Assembly (NCBI GenBank): GCA_964416155.1
Contig: CAYQCW010000001.1
Coordinates: 170,943 to 234,942 of the forward strand
Reading direction: 5' to 3'
Origin: an uncultured Nitrososphaerota archaeon
GTDB taxonomy: Archaea > Thermoproteota > EX4484-205 > JAAOZP01
Length of the DNA stretch: 64,000 bases
The notes under the pieces were generated by a model. The model saw only the letters and a list, made by a program, of their open reading frames with translations. It searched no databases and was not told the DNA's origin. The position numbers and the translations under genes are program-made. Shown one piece after another: positions 26,918 to 36,857 of this stretch. Within the stretch, counting starts at the first letter, position 1, and every line of letters begins with the position of its first letter.

Positions 26918-27304
26918 CTACCCTTTCTCAACAAGTATTTCCTCACCGTCCCTAATCTTTTTTAAGACTTCGAGATCTCCCTCTATCTTAGCGAAAACGT
27001 TGACAGGACTGTATGCAACTATCTTCCCCTTCCTTGAAATGGGGGTTGGGCCGAAGAAGATGCAGAGGGCTCTTCCAGGAGGCCAGTAGGCAACGTCTCC
27101 TTTCTCAACCTCTCTCCGCGAATTCTCCTCCGGCAGGATAACGGGTATTTCAAAATATATTTCCTCGCCCCAGGTGTTTGCAAACCCTTTAAAAGGCAGT
27201 GCCTTAAGAATACCCTCGACAGTTTTGGGGTTTAACCCAGGTAGAAGTACAGCCCTCCTTACACCTATTAGCCTGCTTTTAATGAGGATTGCTTCTGGCA
27301 ACAC
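26918..27304 (-). CDS. Hypothetical protein (possibly cyclophilin-like fold)
   Basis: 128-aa ORF with no decisive motif. Confidence 0.3.
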   Translation of the reverse strand: MLPEAILIKSRLIGVRRAVLLPGLNPKTVEGILKALPFKGFANTWGEEIYFEIPVILPEENSRREVEKGDVAYWPPGRALCIFFGPTPISRKGKIVAYSPVNVFAKIEGDLEVLKKIRDGEEILVEKG

Positions 27305-27338
27305 AGTATTGAGAACATTAGGCGGTTTAAAAACTTAG

Positions 27339-29348
27339 CTAGACCGGGAACAATACATATTTAACCAGTATTGTTTCAAAAGTTAGAGCCGTCATTATAA
27401 TGCTCTTCATAAGAATCGTTAAAGAGGGGCCGGCCACATCTTTAAGCGGGTCTCCAAAAGTATCACCCGTCACGACTGCGGACCGCAGATCCTCATCATT
27501 GCTTCCAGACAATTCGAAAATCTTCTTAGTGTTGTCGAAAGCCCCCCCTATGAGGATATATTTAATCCCTAAGATGGCGCTTGAACCCAGCAAGCCTATA
27601 AGCATGCCGGCTAAAGCATTAACCCCGAAGAGCAGCCCGAAGCCGAGGAACACGGCCTCAGCGATTAAAACCGGCGGGATCATCTGCCTCAAAGCGTTTA
27701 GCGTCGCTATTTTAACACACCTATCATAAGCAGGAGTATTTAACCCGGAGAGTATCTCAGGTTTCTCTCTAAATTGCTTCCTCACCTCGTCAACCATCAC
27801 TTGAGTCGTAGAGTTCACCGCGCTCATTATGTATGAGGAGAAGAGGAATGGGATAGCTATGCCTATTAGGAGGCCAGCCGTGTGAAACGGGTTCGTCAAG
27901 TCAACAGGCCTTTTGCCAACAACGTAATAATAGGTCATTAAGGCTATGAACGCTGTGAAGGTGCCGCTCGCCAGGGCAAAAGCCTTCGTGTATGCTTTAG
28001 TAGTGTTTCCAATGGCGTCAAGAGCGTCGAACGCTCCATTATTACCTTCACCACACATCTCGTTTATTCCGCCGGCATTGTCAACTATCGGCCCGAAAGC
28101 ATCCCAAGCCATAACTGTCCCTATGAGTATGTCCGTCCCCAAGTTTGCTGCCACCAGACCGTAAATATTGCCTGTGACTAGGTAAGAAAAAATCGCGGCG
28201 GTTGAAACCAGGAACACCGGTATTACCGCCCCCCTTAAACCATAGGCTAAGCCATTTATCATGTTTATGGCAGCACCCCTTTTAGCCGACTCATACATGC
28301 TTTTAACCGGCGAGGAGTTTACACCAGTGTAATGGTTTGAGACGACAGCCATGAGCAGTGTCACGATCAACCCGCTTAACCCAGCGTAGAAAAGGGCGAC
28401 ATCCCTCATGAAGAGGGTTGAAACGAAGAAGAGACCTACTGCTGAAGAAACCGTTGAGACAACTAGGCTCATCAGAAAACTCTTCGCAGGATTGCTGATT
28501 TTAAGCGCAACCATAATGCTGATTATGGTGGAAAGCAACCCTACTGAAAGAAAGAGCGGCGAGAACAGGAGGATCATATGCCCATACTTATCCAAGAATC
28601 CTAGTCCTATTATCATACTAGTAACCATGTCTCCGCTTAGAGTTTCGAACAGGTCGGCACCTCTTCCAGCACAGTCGCCAACATTATCCCCGACCAAGTC
28701 AGCGATCACCGCTGGGTTACGAGGATCATCCTCAGTAAGCCCGTATTCAAGCTTTCCAACCAGGTCGGCGCCGATGTCTGCACTCTTGGTGAATATCCCG
28801 CCGCCTATCTGGATGAAGATTGCAGTCAGGCTGGCACCCATTGCGTATCCTGTTAGAAACTCTACGCTGAGCCCAGACGAGTCCTGCCCTATGAGTGAAA
28901 CCAAGATTAATACTCCGAGCAGGCTCAGGCTTGCAACCGAAAGGCCCGTCACCGAGCCTCCGCTTAAAGCTGTTTTCAAACCTTTAGAGACGTTCCCGTT
29001 TACCGATTCCATTGTCCTAGCGTTTGCCTTTACAGCCACCTTCATCCCTGTGAAACCCGAGGCTAGAGACAATGCTGCTCCAAGCATGAAAGCGAATGCG
29101 GCCTTAACCCCAAGGAGAATCAGGAGAAGAATGGTTACGGCAGCGTCGAAAACTATGATGACGGAATACTCTGTGCGGAGAAACGCTGAGGCGCCTGATT
29201 CAATGTAGCTAGCTATTCTGGCTGCTCGAGGGTTTTTCATTTGATGTTTAAGAACATTAAGAGCTAAAACTATGATTGCGAGCAAGCTCGCTAAAACGGA
29301 GCCCGAAACGATTATCTCCGAGGCAGACGGAAGTCCTGTTGCAGTCAA
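27339..29348 (-). CDS. hppA: Membrane-bound proton-translocating pyrophosphatase (V-type H+-PPase)
   Basis: Signature motifs GGIFTKSADIGADLVGK and DNVGDCAGRGADLFE are present. The protein is 669 aa and polytopic. Confidence 0.95.
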   Translation of the reverse strand: MTATGLPSASEIIVSGSVLASLLAIIVLALNVLKHQMKNPRAARIASYIESGASAFLRTEYSVIIVFDAAVTILLLILLGVKAAFAFMLGAALSLASGFTGMKVAVKANARTMESVNGNVSKGLKTALSGGSVTGLSVASLSLLGVLILVSLIGQDSSGLSVEFLTGYAMGASLTAIFIQIGGGIFTKSADIGADLVGKLEYGLTEDDPRNPAVIADLVGDNVGDCAGRGADLFETLSGDMVTSMIIGLGFLDKYGHMILLFSPLFLSVGLLSTIISIMVALKISNPAKSFLMSLVVSTVSSAVGLFFVSTLFMRDVALFYAGLSGLIVTLLMAVVSNHYTGVNSSPVKSMYESAKRGAAINMINGLAYGLRGAVIPVFLVSTAAIFSYLVTGNIYGLVAANLGTDILIGTVMAWDAFGPIVDNAGGINEMCGEGNNGAFDALDAIGNTTKAYTKAFALASGTFTAFIALMTYYYVVGKRPVDLTNPFHTAGLLIGIAIPFLFSSYIMSAVNSTTQVMVDEVRKQFREKPEILSGLNTPAYDRCVKIATLNALRQMIPPVLIAEAVFLGFGLLFGVNALAGMLIGLLGSSAILGIKYILIGGAFDNTKKIFELSGSNDEDLRSAVVTGDTFGDPLKDVAGPSLTILMKSIIMTALTFETILVKYVLFPV

Positions 29349-29494
29349 CCTGAGCCACCATGTCCACCGGTTAAGCCTCTCCCAGAGTCGGGCTATTTTT
29401 AAACATTACGTATGGAATGTCAACGCTTTTAGAACATGTTCCCCCGATTTCCCCCTTTGAAAGCTTTAATAATATAGTTTTAAACCATACCGGC

Positions 29495-30004
29495 ATGAGG
29501 AGAATCCTGCTTGTTTCTCATTGCATACTTAACCCGTATAGTAGGGCAGTGGGATTACTGCGGGAGGAAAAAGTGAAAGCATCCAGGAGGATTATCGGAG
29601 CCCTTCTACAGGATTTGGAAACAGGAGTAATACAGCTCCCCTGTCCAGAACTACTCTACGAAGGTTTAGGCAGGAAGCCGGCTGCTAGAGAATCCTATGA
29701 TAACCCTGAGTTTAGAGAAATATGCAAGAAGATAGCTGACCAAGCCGCGAAAATTGCGGCAGAATACGAGCGTGAAGGCGTCAGAATCACGGCATACTTG
29801 GGCGTAGAGGGAAGCCCGTCCTGCGGTGTCGAATGGACCCATTTTATGACCGATAAGCCGGAGAAGGGTAGAGGAGTTTTCACAGAGATTCTTTACGAGG
29901 CTATGAGCAATGCTGGGATCAAGATTAGTCTTCTAGGCTTGCCTGAAAAGGAGAAGTACGGGAGCCTGGAGGAGCTTTCGAGGAAGCTTGAAGCATTAAC
30001 GTAG
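29495..30004 (+). CDS. DUF523-like (TudS-like) small Cys-containing protein
   Basis: It has HCILNPYSR, CPELLYEGLG and EGSPSCGV (SPSCG-like), with three Cys spaced as in 4Fe-4S DUF523 proteins. The start was placed at MRRILL. Confidence 0.4.
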   Translation: MRRILLVSHCILNPYSRAVGLLREEKVKASRRIIGALLQDLETGVIQLPCPELLYEGLGRKPAARESYDNPEFREICKKIADQAAKIAAEYEREGVRITAYLGVEGSPSCGVEWTHFMTDKPEKGRGVFTEILYEAMSNAGIKISLLGLPEKEKYGSLEELSRKLEALT

Positions 30005-30061
30005 AGAAATTTATTAACGAGAGCAAACCTTTTTAAAACACCTTAAAGCGATGCTGTAGGC

Positions 30062-30907
30062 ATGGATTACGGTTTCGACACGTGGATATACTCTATACTT
30101 GATGTTGAGAAGGCTCTTGGAAGGCTTAGCGAAAAGGGCTTAGGGTTTGTTGAATTGTCTTACGAACACTTGTCTAAGATTTTTAAAGATGAAACTGTTG
30201 ACTTGAAGGCTTTGAGAAACATTAAGGAGGCTGCGGACAGCCTTGGCGTCAGTATTATTCAAGTCCACGGGCCTTTTGGAGAAATCGATTTAGAACTGGC
30301 TTCAGAAGACTCTTCCCAGAGGGAGAGGGCGCTTAGAAAAATCTTCAACTGGATCAAGTATACTGGCGAGCTCGAATGGGGTGTGCTTGTGCTACATACT
30401 GCGAGGATAAGAGTTTCAGAGAAACACGATTTCCAGAGGCTTGTTGAGAAGACTAGGCTTGCCAATTTGAGGTTTTTCAAAGAGGTTTCCAAATACGCTT
30501 CAGAGCACGGTGTTAAGATAGCTGTGGAAAACAGGCTTGAACCCTGCTATGGCTCTCTGCCCAAAGATCTCTTAGAATTGGTTGAGGAGACTGGCAGTGA
30601 AAGCATAGGAATATGCTTTGATACTGGGCATGCTAATGTGAACAAGCTGAGTGCATCTTCAATGGTTGAAATACTTAGAGGGCATCTCATAGCTACTCAC
30701 ATCCATGATAACGATGGCCATCATGATCAGCACTTGCCTCCTTTAATGGGAAGTATAAACTGGGACCAGGTGATAAATGCTTTCTCAAGAGTAGGCTATG
30801 GGAAGCCTTTGATCCTAGAGATCCACGAGTATGGTAGACTGGATCTGGATGACAATGTAGTCAGAGCAACCACAACCCTGATGAACAGCCTACTTGGAAA
30901 AAGCTAA
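30062..30907 (+). CDS. Sugar phosphate isomerase/epimerase (xylose-isomerase-like TIM barrel), paralog
   Basis: It shares the TIM-barrel pattern with 25503..26363 (..GFVELS.., HTAR, ENR.., DTGHAN, HIHDN). A 7-bp perfect hairpin follows the stop codon. Confidence 0.6.
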   Translation: MDYGFDTWIYSILDVEKALGRLSEKGLGFVELSYEHLSKIFKDETVDLKALRNIKEAADSLGVSIIQVHGPFGEIDLELASEDSSQRERALRKIFNWIKYTGELEWGVLVLHTARIRVSEKHDFQRLVEKTRLANLRFFKEVSKYASEHGVKIAVENRLEPCYGSLPKDLLELVEETGSESIGICFDTGHANVNKLSASSMVEILRGHLIATHIHDNDGHHDQHLPPLMGSINWDQVINAFSRVGYGKPLILEIHEYGRLDLDDNVVRATTTLMNSLLGKS

Positions 30908-31280
30908 CTAGTTCTATTTGAACTAGATGAGGTTCTACTGCTTGAACCGTCATAATTAGGACTCACGTTTATCAAATCTTTATCACCGGCTTTCTCAACC
31001 CGGAGGTTGACTGTTTTCAAATCATGCTGCGCGCGCTAGCCCGTTCGCAACGAGGAATGCCTTAACCTGTTGAATATAATCCGGTTTCACAGTAATGTTT
31101 ACGGGGAGTGTTGAAACATACGCTGCCAAGGTTGATCTTGAAACCTCCGTCCAGTCATCTACGTTCCCAACCTGGTAGACACCTATCCTACTGGTTTGAG
31201 GATTATAAAACACAACCATGGTGACGTAGGCCACTTGAGCGCTTATCGAGTAAAACGGTAGTATAAATAGCGGTGTGTTA

Positions 31281-31601
31281 TTAACAAGCCGACCATAAGG
31301 CTGCCCTCAACCCATGACCCCGCGCGTCTGGTGTAGAGTCAATATTTGTTGAACAGCAGGATGGTGAAGAATACTTTCCATTATCGCGAAGCCTCGGAAC
31401 CCTGTTTTGAAACAGGATGAACTCCTTACTGCCAGGAGTGAAAACATAAGCGCCGACAATGTTCACGGAATCTCCGGGGTTCTGCTGATAGTTCTCAACT
31501 ATGCACAGGGCCACGTACCGGTTTTCCAAGGAAACGTATCTTATGTCGAAAACGCTTTGCGAATATATTCTTCCACTGGAGTCTCTAGGATAGTCCAGCA
31601 T
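31281..31601 (-). CDS. Hypothetical protein (possibly a remnant)
   Basis: 106-aa ORF in a low-density stretch. No motif recognised. Confidence 0.2.
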   Translation of the reverse strand: MLDYPRDSSGRIYSQSVFDIRYVSLENRYVALCIVENYQQNPGDSVNIVGAYVFTPGSKEFILFQNRVPRLRDNGKYSSPSCCSTNIDSTPDARGHGLRAALWSAC

Positions 31602-31928
31602 ACCTGTGCTCCTATACTAGGAGTCGTAATCCGAGCTTTAAATCCTGTAAGTATTGTAAACGTCTATTATGCTTCACATAATGTTTTTAATGTATCTTAC
31701 CTGCGGCTTAAGCCAAGACGGTATTGGCCTAACCCAAGAAGGATATAGGGATTTAAGCGCGTTAACAACATAGTTATCACTGTTCAAGGACTCATATGTA
31801 GCCTTGAATACTGACGTCTGAAACGTTTACCGGATTATGGAGAAAAGCCTTCTCAAGCAGCCTCCGTTTTCCACGCCATACTTCTCCGTGGCAGCGTAGC
31901 CAGTGTAAACAGGCTTCTCAACAAAGGT

Positions 31929-32222
31929 TTAGAAAGCAAGGTAAAGATTCCCGTCGGGGTCTACAACCGGATATGGTGCTGGCACACCCGTCCTAGGGTC
32001 GGTTTCAACGACTAGAAGCGGCGCTTTTATCGCTGAAATCCTTTCGCAAGCGCCTCTAGTGATCAAAGCGTTTAAAGCATCCCCGTAGCCTCCTGAAGCT
32101 ATGTCGAGCCTTCCTTTAAGAAGGAAGTAGGCCGCGCGAACCCATCCTGAGAAAACATAGTCAGGCGGGCCGGTGTATTTCACAGTTCCAGCTTCCCTCC
32201 ATTTGCCCGTGTCAACGAACAC
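31929..32222 (-). CDS. Hypothetical protein
   Basis: 97-aa ORF with no family recognised. Confidence 0.25.
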   Translation of the reverse strand: MFVDTGKWREAGTVKYTGPPDYVFSGWVRAAYFLLKGRLDIASGGYGDALNALITRGACERISAIKAPLLVVETDPRTGVPAPYPVVDPDGNLYLAF

Positions 32223-32318
32223 TATTTCCCTTTCTCTGAAAAGCCCCCCCTAGACCATAGTATACGGGAGGCGCGCGCTACCCAGCAAGCTTTTAAGCTT
32301 ATCTTAGGGGAACTGTTT

Positions 32319-33368
32319 TTGCGAAAGCACCTAAGGTTTTTAACCCTCCAACCCGACAATGACGCGGCCTTGAGCAGAACACTTGGCAAGGTTCCTCCGA
32401 GAATACTTGAGAGAATAGTGTTTTCAAACCTCGGTGCCACCAGCAGGAGAGTTATTGTCGGCCCAGGCATAGGCGTCGACAACAGCGTGATATCTTTAGA
32501 TGGTGTTAAGATAATTGTTTCAAGCGACCCTGTTACGGGAGCTAGGGAGAACCTAGGCAGGATTGGCGTCGACGTTTCAACCAACGACGTAGCACTCACA
32601 GGGGTGAAGCCGGAGTTTCTCCTCATCGTGCTGATCCTCCCTCCTGCAGCTAGCCATGAGGAGATCAGGAGGATAATGAGGCAGGCCAGCGTTGAGGCCG
32701 AGAGGCTTGGGGTCGCTATTGTTGGTGGGCACACGGAGTACGCAAGTATCGTGGAGAACCCTGTTTTCGTGGGGACGGCAATAGGATGGACTAGGCGTAG
32801 GAGGCTTATTACGTCAAGCGGAGCTAAAGCCGGTGAAAACATAGTGATGGTTGGGGAGGCTGGTGTTGAAGGAACCTCCATTCTCGCTTCCGACCTTAGG
32901 GAGAAGCTGGTGGATAAGGGTGTTCCGTCGCAAGTCTTGGGGAGAGCGAGAAGGCTTGTTAAAAACCTGAGCATAGTTGAGCCCGCGCTGGTCTCCGCAG
33001 AATATGCTTCAGCAATGCATGACCCTACTGAAGGCGGTGTGCTCGGCGGTATATTCGAAATATGCGAAGCCTCTGGGAAGGGATGCGTCATAAACATTCA
33101 GTCAATACCAGTCAGGAGGGAGACTAGAATAATATGCGAGAGGCTTGGGATAGACCCTCTTAGGCTCGTAAGCTCCGGAACCCTTTTGGCAACAGTGAGC
33201 GAGTCTAAAACAGCGAGGCTGCTGAGAAAGCTTCACGAGAGGGGTTTTAAGGCACGCGTCATAGGAAGGGTGACGAGAAACAGGGGTGAAAAGATTGGGC
33301 TACTCGGCAGTGGAGAAATCAGGATAAACGAGCTTCCTCAAGACGAGCTTTGGAAAGCTATCGGCTGA
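32319..33368 (+). CDS. AIR-synthase-related protein (PurM superfamily; ThiL/HypE-like)
   Basis: VIVGPGIGVDNSVI and GGHTEY match the PurM-like N and C domains. The start may lie downstream of 32319. Confidence 0.6.
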   Translation: MRKHLRFLTLQPDNDAALSRTLGKVPPRILERIVFSNLGATSRRVIVGPGIGVDNSVISLDGVKIIVSSDPVTGARENLGRIGVDVSTNDVALTGVKPEFLLIVLILPPAASHEEIRRIMRQASVEAERLGVAIVGGHTEYASIVENPVFVGTAIGWTRRRRLITSSGAKAGENIVMVGEAGVEGTSILASDLREKLVDKGVPSQVLGRARRLVKNLSIVEPALVSAEYASAMHDPTEGGVLGGIFEICEASGKGCVINIQSIPVRRETRIICERLGIDPLRLVSSGTLLATVSESKTARLLRKLHERGFKARVIGRVTRNRGEKIGLLGSGEIRINELPQDELWKAIG

Positions 33369-34104
33369 ATAACCTTGGCTGACCTATCCTCCTCCTAACC
33401 GCGTTGTAAAGCGGCACAGCTATAAGCGTCCCAAGGAAGGCTTGAGCAAAGTTCGCAGGCACCTCGAATATTGCTCCCAGCTGATATAGGAAAAGCTGAT
33501 AGAAGAAGTATCCTAAAACCATTTCGAAACCCCCTATGAAACACGGCACTATTAACAACAGGTTCTCCCTGTAAACTCTCAATATAAAGATCAGCGAAGC
33601 CGCTAGAACAATAAGGATTGAGAAGAGGATAGGTTGATAGGCTACTGTAGCAGAGTATTTTCCAAGCAACGACACCTCAGCCTCCCCGGAGAAAAGAACT
33701 ATGACTAATATTATTCCGAGAATCACTGCGGGAACCGGTAGGAAAACAGTTAAGAGGCGAGTGCTACGGGACTCGCTTCGCGCGAAAACCTCGTGGAGGA
33801 AGCCGGTTAGAAAGCCTTCAACACCTTTAATGATCAGGGTGGCGGGAGCATACACAGTATACCCTAAGAATAGGTCGCTCAGCATAGATCCTAATCCGCC
33901 TGCGACAAACCCTACAAAGGGGCCGAATAATAAAGCGGTTAGGAAGACCATGGAGTCACCCAGGTTAAAGTATCCCCTAGTTGCCGGAATGTAGATTGAG
34001 ATGGATGCTGTCGCCACTAAGACCAGTGTGGTAGACAGGGCTGTTGAAGAGACAAGCCTAGCCTTTGAATCGTTTCGGCCGAGCACGAGTAGAGAATCCA
34101 CCAA
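33358..34104 (-). CDS. ECF-transporter S-component-like membrane protein
   Basis: GYFNLGDSMVFLTALLFGP..GGLGSMLSDL..KGVEG fits the S-component pattern. About 6 TM helices. Confidence 0.45.
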   Translation of the reverse strand: MVDSLLVLGRNDSKARLVSSTALSTTLVLVATASISIYIPATRGYFNLGDSMVFLTALLFGPFVGFVAGGLGSMLSDLFLGYTVYAPATLIIKGVEGFLTGFLHEVFARSESRSTRLLTVFLPVPAVILGIILVIVLFSGEAEVSLLGKYSATVAYQPILFSILIVLAASLIFILRVYRENLLLIVPCFIGGFEMVLGYFFYQLFLYQLGAIFEVPANFAQAFLGTLIAVPLYNAVRRRIGQPRLFSR

Positions 34105-34256
34105 TGGAATAAAAAACTTACCTTCATATCATCTTATATTAAGGTCTCTGTCTTTAGCGCACTACCCCCATACTTTGAATAGGGTTTCGGTTTCCAGGCA
34201 TGGGCCCATCCCGCGGCTTCAGGGCTGCGTAAAGCCCGCTAAGCTACTTCTCAATC

Positions 34257-35078
34257 TTACTGTTTCAAAGCCAGTTTCAAAAGGTAGCATGCTGAAAACA
34301 GGATGATCGAGACTAAGGCTATTGCGCCGCTAGTCGGAATATCGTAGAGCAATGATACTGCAATACCCCCCAGCCCAGATATAACTTCAACTATGAAAGC
34401 CGCTAGCAGCATCATGCCTACGCGGCGGGCTAGCAGCCTCGAGACCGCTGCAGGGATTACGAGAAGCGTGACGGAAAGAAGAATGCCCATGGTTCTCGCC
34501 ACGACAGCGGCAGTTATCGCTGAAACAGCGAATAGCAGCGAGTCGTATAGTCCAGTTTTAAGGCCGAATGATTCAGCAGTCTCAATGTCGAAGCAAATAT
34601 AGATAAACTCCCCGTAAAACATTATGGTGGCAATCAGTGCAACGGTTGATGCAGCCGCCAGGCTGAGCACATCCATTTCTGAAAGTAGTAGAAGGTCGCT
34701 CACAAGATAACTGTCAACCAAAATCCTCCTGTCTATCGGCAGGTAGCTTCTTATGATCGTGTAGAGCATCACGCTTACAGCAAGGGAAACGCTGAGCATC
34801 ATGCCCAAGGCTTGCTGACTGCTCCTACCGACACGGGAAACAAGTATGGATGTTGCCACGCAGAATACTATTGCAAATACAAACGGGTCTCCCACCCCTG
34901 GAAGAAAAGCCTGGATTAAAACACCTACTGCTGCACCCCCTAAGGCGGCGTGTGAAATCTCAGGAGTAATGTAGAGAGCTCCTCTTAAAAGCATGATTGC
35001 TGAAATCGGTGCTGAGAACGATGTGAAAATAACCCCTAGGATTGCTCTTAAAACAAACGGGTCAAGCATGTTTATCAC
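34257..35078 (-). CDS. Metal ABC transporter permease (ABC-3/ZnuB-MntB-like)
   Basis: A 273-aa polytopic protein that overlaps the ATPase gene. Confidence 0.7.
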   Translation of the reverse strand: MINMLDPFVLRAILGVIFTSFSAPISAIMLLRGALYITPEISHAALGGAAVGVLIQAFLPGVGDPFVFAIVFCVATSILVSRVGRSSQQALGMMLSVSLAVSVMLYTIIRSYLPIDRRILVDSYLVSDLLLLSEMDVLSLAAASTVALIATIMFYGEFIYICFDIETAESFGLKTGLYDSLLFAVSAITAAVVARTMGILLSVTLLVIPAAVSRLLARRVGMMLLAAFIVEVISGLGGIAVSLLYDIPTSGAIALVSIILFSACYLLKLALKQ

Positions 35079-35841
35079 CCAGTATTAAGATCCTTCGACC
35101 CTCTCTTTCAACAGTTCTTAAACAGGGATAGAAAGGTTTCAGCCTATCCTCGCTTAAAACCACACTTGGATCGCCGTATAAGCATACAAACCTGTTTAAA
35201 ACAAGAATCCTGTCGGTAAGCTCTATTATAGGGTCAACCTCGTGATCCACGATAACTATGGTTCTTCCCCTCTCCTTCAACGTTTTGAAAACTTTAATCA
35301 AGTATTCCTGACTCTCGGAATCTAGCCCTGCGAACACCTCGTCCAGCAGTAGAAGCAGCGGGTCGGATGCTAATGCCCTCGCTATCAGGACCCTTCTCTG
35401 CTGCCCCCCGCTTAGCTCGTTGAAAAAGGACCCCCAGTGTTCCTCCATACCTAAGCATGCTAGAGCCCTTCTCGCGGATTCAACATCATCCTTTGAAACA
35501 GCTCTGGGAAAACTTTTTCTCAAGACTATCCCCATCAGGACGGCTTCGTTCACCCTTAACGGGGTTTCGTAGGAAACCATGTCTTTCTGCGGGACGTAGC
35601 CAACGAGCCTTCTGAGCCTGCCGTAGTCAGTCACGGGGTTTAACCCGAGCACTTTAACGCTTCCCTTGAAAGGCTTAACCATGCCTAGGAGAAGCCTTAA
35701 AAGCGTAGTCTTGCCAGCACCGTTCGGCCCGACGACAGTTATGAACGACGGGGACTCAACCTGGAAGCTAACATCCTCCAACGCCATGTACCCATCCAGC
35801 CTCACGGAAACGTTTTCGACAGATATCACTGGAACACTCAT
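35062..35841 (-). CDS. Metal ABC transporter ATP-binding protein (ZnuC/MntA-like)
   Basis: Walker A GPNGAGKTT, the signature LSGGQQRR and Walker B LLLLDE are all present. Confidence 0.85.
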   Translation of the reverse strand: MSVPVISVENVSVRLDGYMALEDVSFQVESPSFITVVGPNGAGKTTLLRLLLGMVKPFKGSVKVLGLNPVTDYGRLRRLVGYVPQKDMVSYETPLRVNEAVLMGIVLRKSFPRAVSKDDVESARRALACLGMEEHWGSFFNELSGGQQRRVLIARALASDPLLLLLDEVFAGLDSESQEYLIKVFKTLKERGRTIVIVDHEVDPIIELTDRILVLNRFVCLYGDPSVVLSEDRLKPFYPCLRTVEREGRRILILGDKHA

Positions 35842-36857
35842 GATTTACTCCTCCTAACCAAGATTATTGTTTCAAGCACGATCACCAGCAGGGCTGCAAG
35901 CGTTGTCAGAAGGTAAATGTTAAGCCCGCTTGAAACAGTACCCCGCTCAGATAAGAGTGCACCGTAAACCTGCCCAGCATTATAGTACATTACTGAATCG
36001 TAATCCTTCACACCGCTTGCCGAAACTACTGAAACGTAAGCTATGTTGCAACCCGTATCCTTAGAGACTTCTCGCAGAGCATTCTGGATCCCACTCATCA
36101 ATAAAGCAGTGTCGGAGACAACTATGCAAGCATACTCTCCAGACTTAAGCCCGTCGTAAACCCTGCTCAACGATCCTGGGCTTATAGCCTCGCCTTCACC
36201 AACCAGCACAGCACCTGCTTTCAAACCCATGGCTTCAACAACGTATTGCTCTTCATAGAAACCTATGACAACCCTCCTCCCAGACGAACCATGCTTCTCC
36301 GAAAGCCTTTCAAGAAAAATCTTTAGAGACGACACTTTCTCCTCGAAAAGCCTGTAGTTAAACCAGTATTCCTCTGAATGCTCAGGCCTCAAGGTTGAAA
36401 GCCTGTCTCTCAGAGCTCTCGCAATCAGGACAGCATTATCGGGCAGAAGCCAGAAGCCGTGAGTATTCCTCCCTCCCTCCAGCTCAAGAATAGTGCCATT
36501 TCTCTCAACCAGCTCAAGCAGGTTTAGCGATATTGAACCGGTTTCAACACCTCTTTCCTCTGCAACCCGTTTCACAAGGTCCTCCTCCCACTCCATGTGG
36601 CCGGTTATAACGATCAGGTCAGCATCGGAAGCGTTTCTCACAACACTGGGAGTAAGGGTGAAGCCATGTGGCTCAGCATCACCGGGAACAATCGAATAGA
36701 CTTCCCCAGTACTGCCTGTTACAGAGGAGACAATCGGTCTCAGAATATCCAGCGTGACAACTATCTTTGTCTTCCCATCCAGCCTAGCATAAGTAGGCAT
36801 GGGTAAAAATGTTAGGAGTAACGTGAGGAGCATGATTCCAACCGTGTTCCTCAGCAA
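35838..36857 (-). CDS. Metal-binding periplasmic/surface substrate-binding protein (TroA/ZnuA-like), N-terminal anchor
   Basis: There is an N-terminal hydrophobic segment, the protein is 339 aa, and it is operonic with the permease and ATPase. Confidence 0.6.
   Translation of the reverse strand: MLRNTVGIMLLTLLLTFLPMPTYARLDGKTKIVVTLDILRPIVSSVTGSTGEVYSIVPGDAEPHGFTLTPSVVRNASDADLIVITGHMEWEEDLVKRVAEERGVETGSISLNLLELVERNGTILELEGGRNTHGFWLLPDNAVLIARALRDRLSTLRPEHSEEYWFNYRLFEEKVSSLKIFLERLSEKHGSSGRRVVIGFYEEQYVVEAMGLKAGAVLVGEGEAISPGSLSRVYDGLKSGEYACIVVSDTALLMSGIQNALREVSKDTGCNIAYVSVVSASGVKDYDSVMYYNAGQVYGALLSERGTVSSGLNIYLLTTLAALLVIVLETIILVRRSKS

Noticed and set aside
28408-29208. 266-codon plus-strand ORF inside hppA
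   Set aside because: It is antisense to the unmistakable H+-pyrophosphatase gene. Its S/P/T-rich translation is typical of reverse-frame artefacts.
32222-33097. 291-codon minus-strand ORF rich in S/T/P/A
   Set aside because: It lies entirely antisense to the well-supported AIR-synthase-related gene and has low-complexity composition, so it is a shadow ORF.
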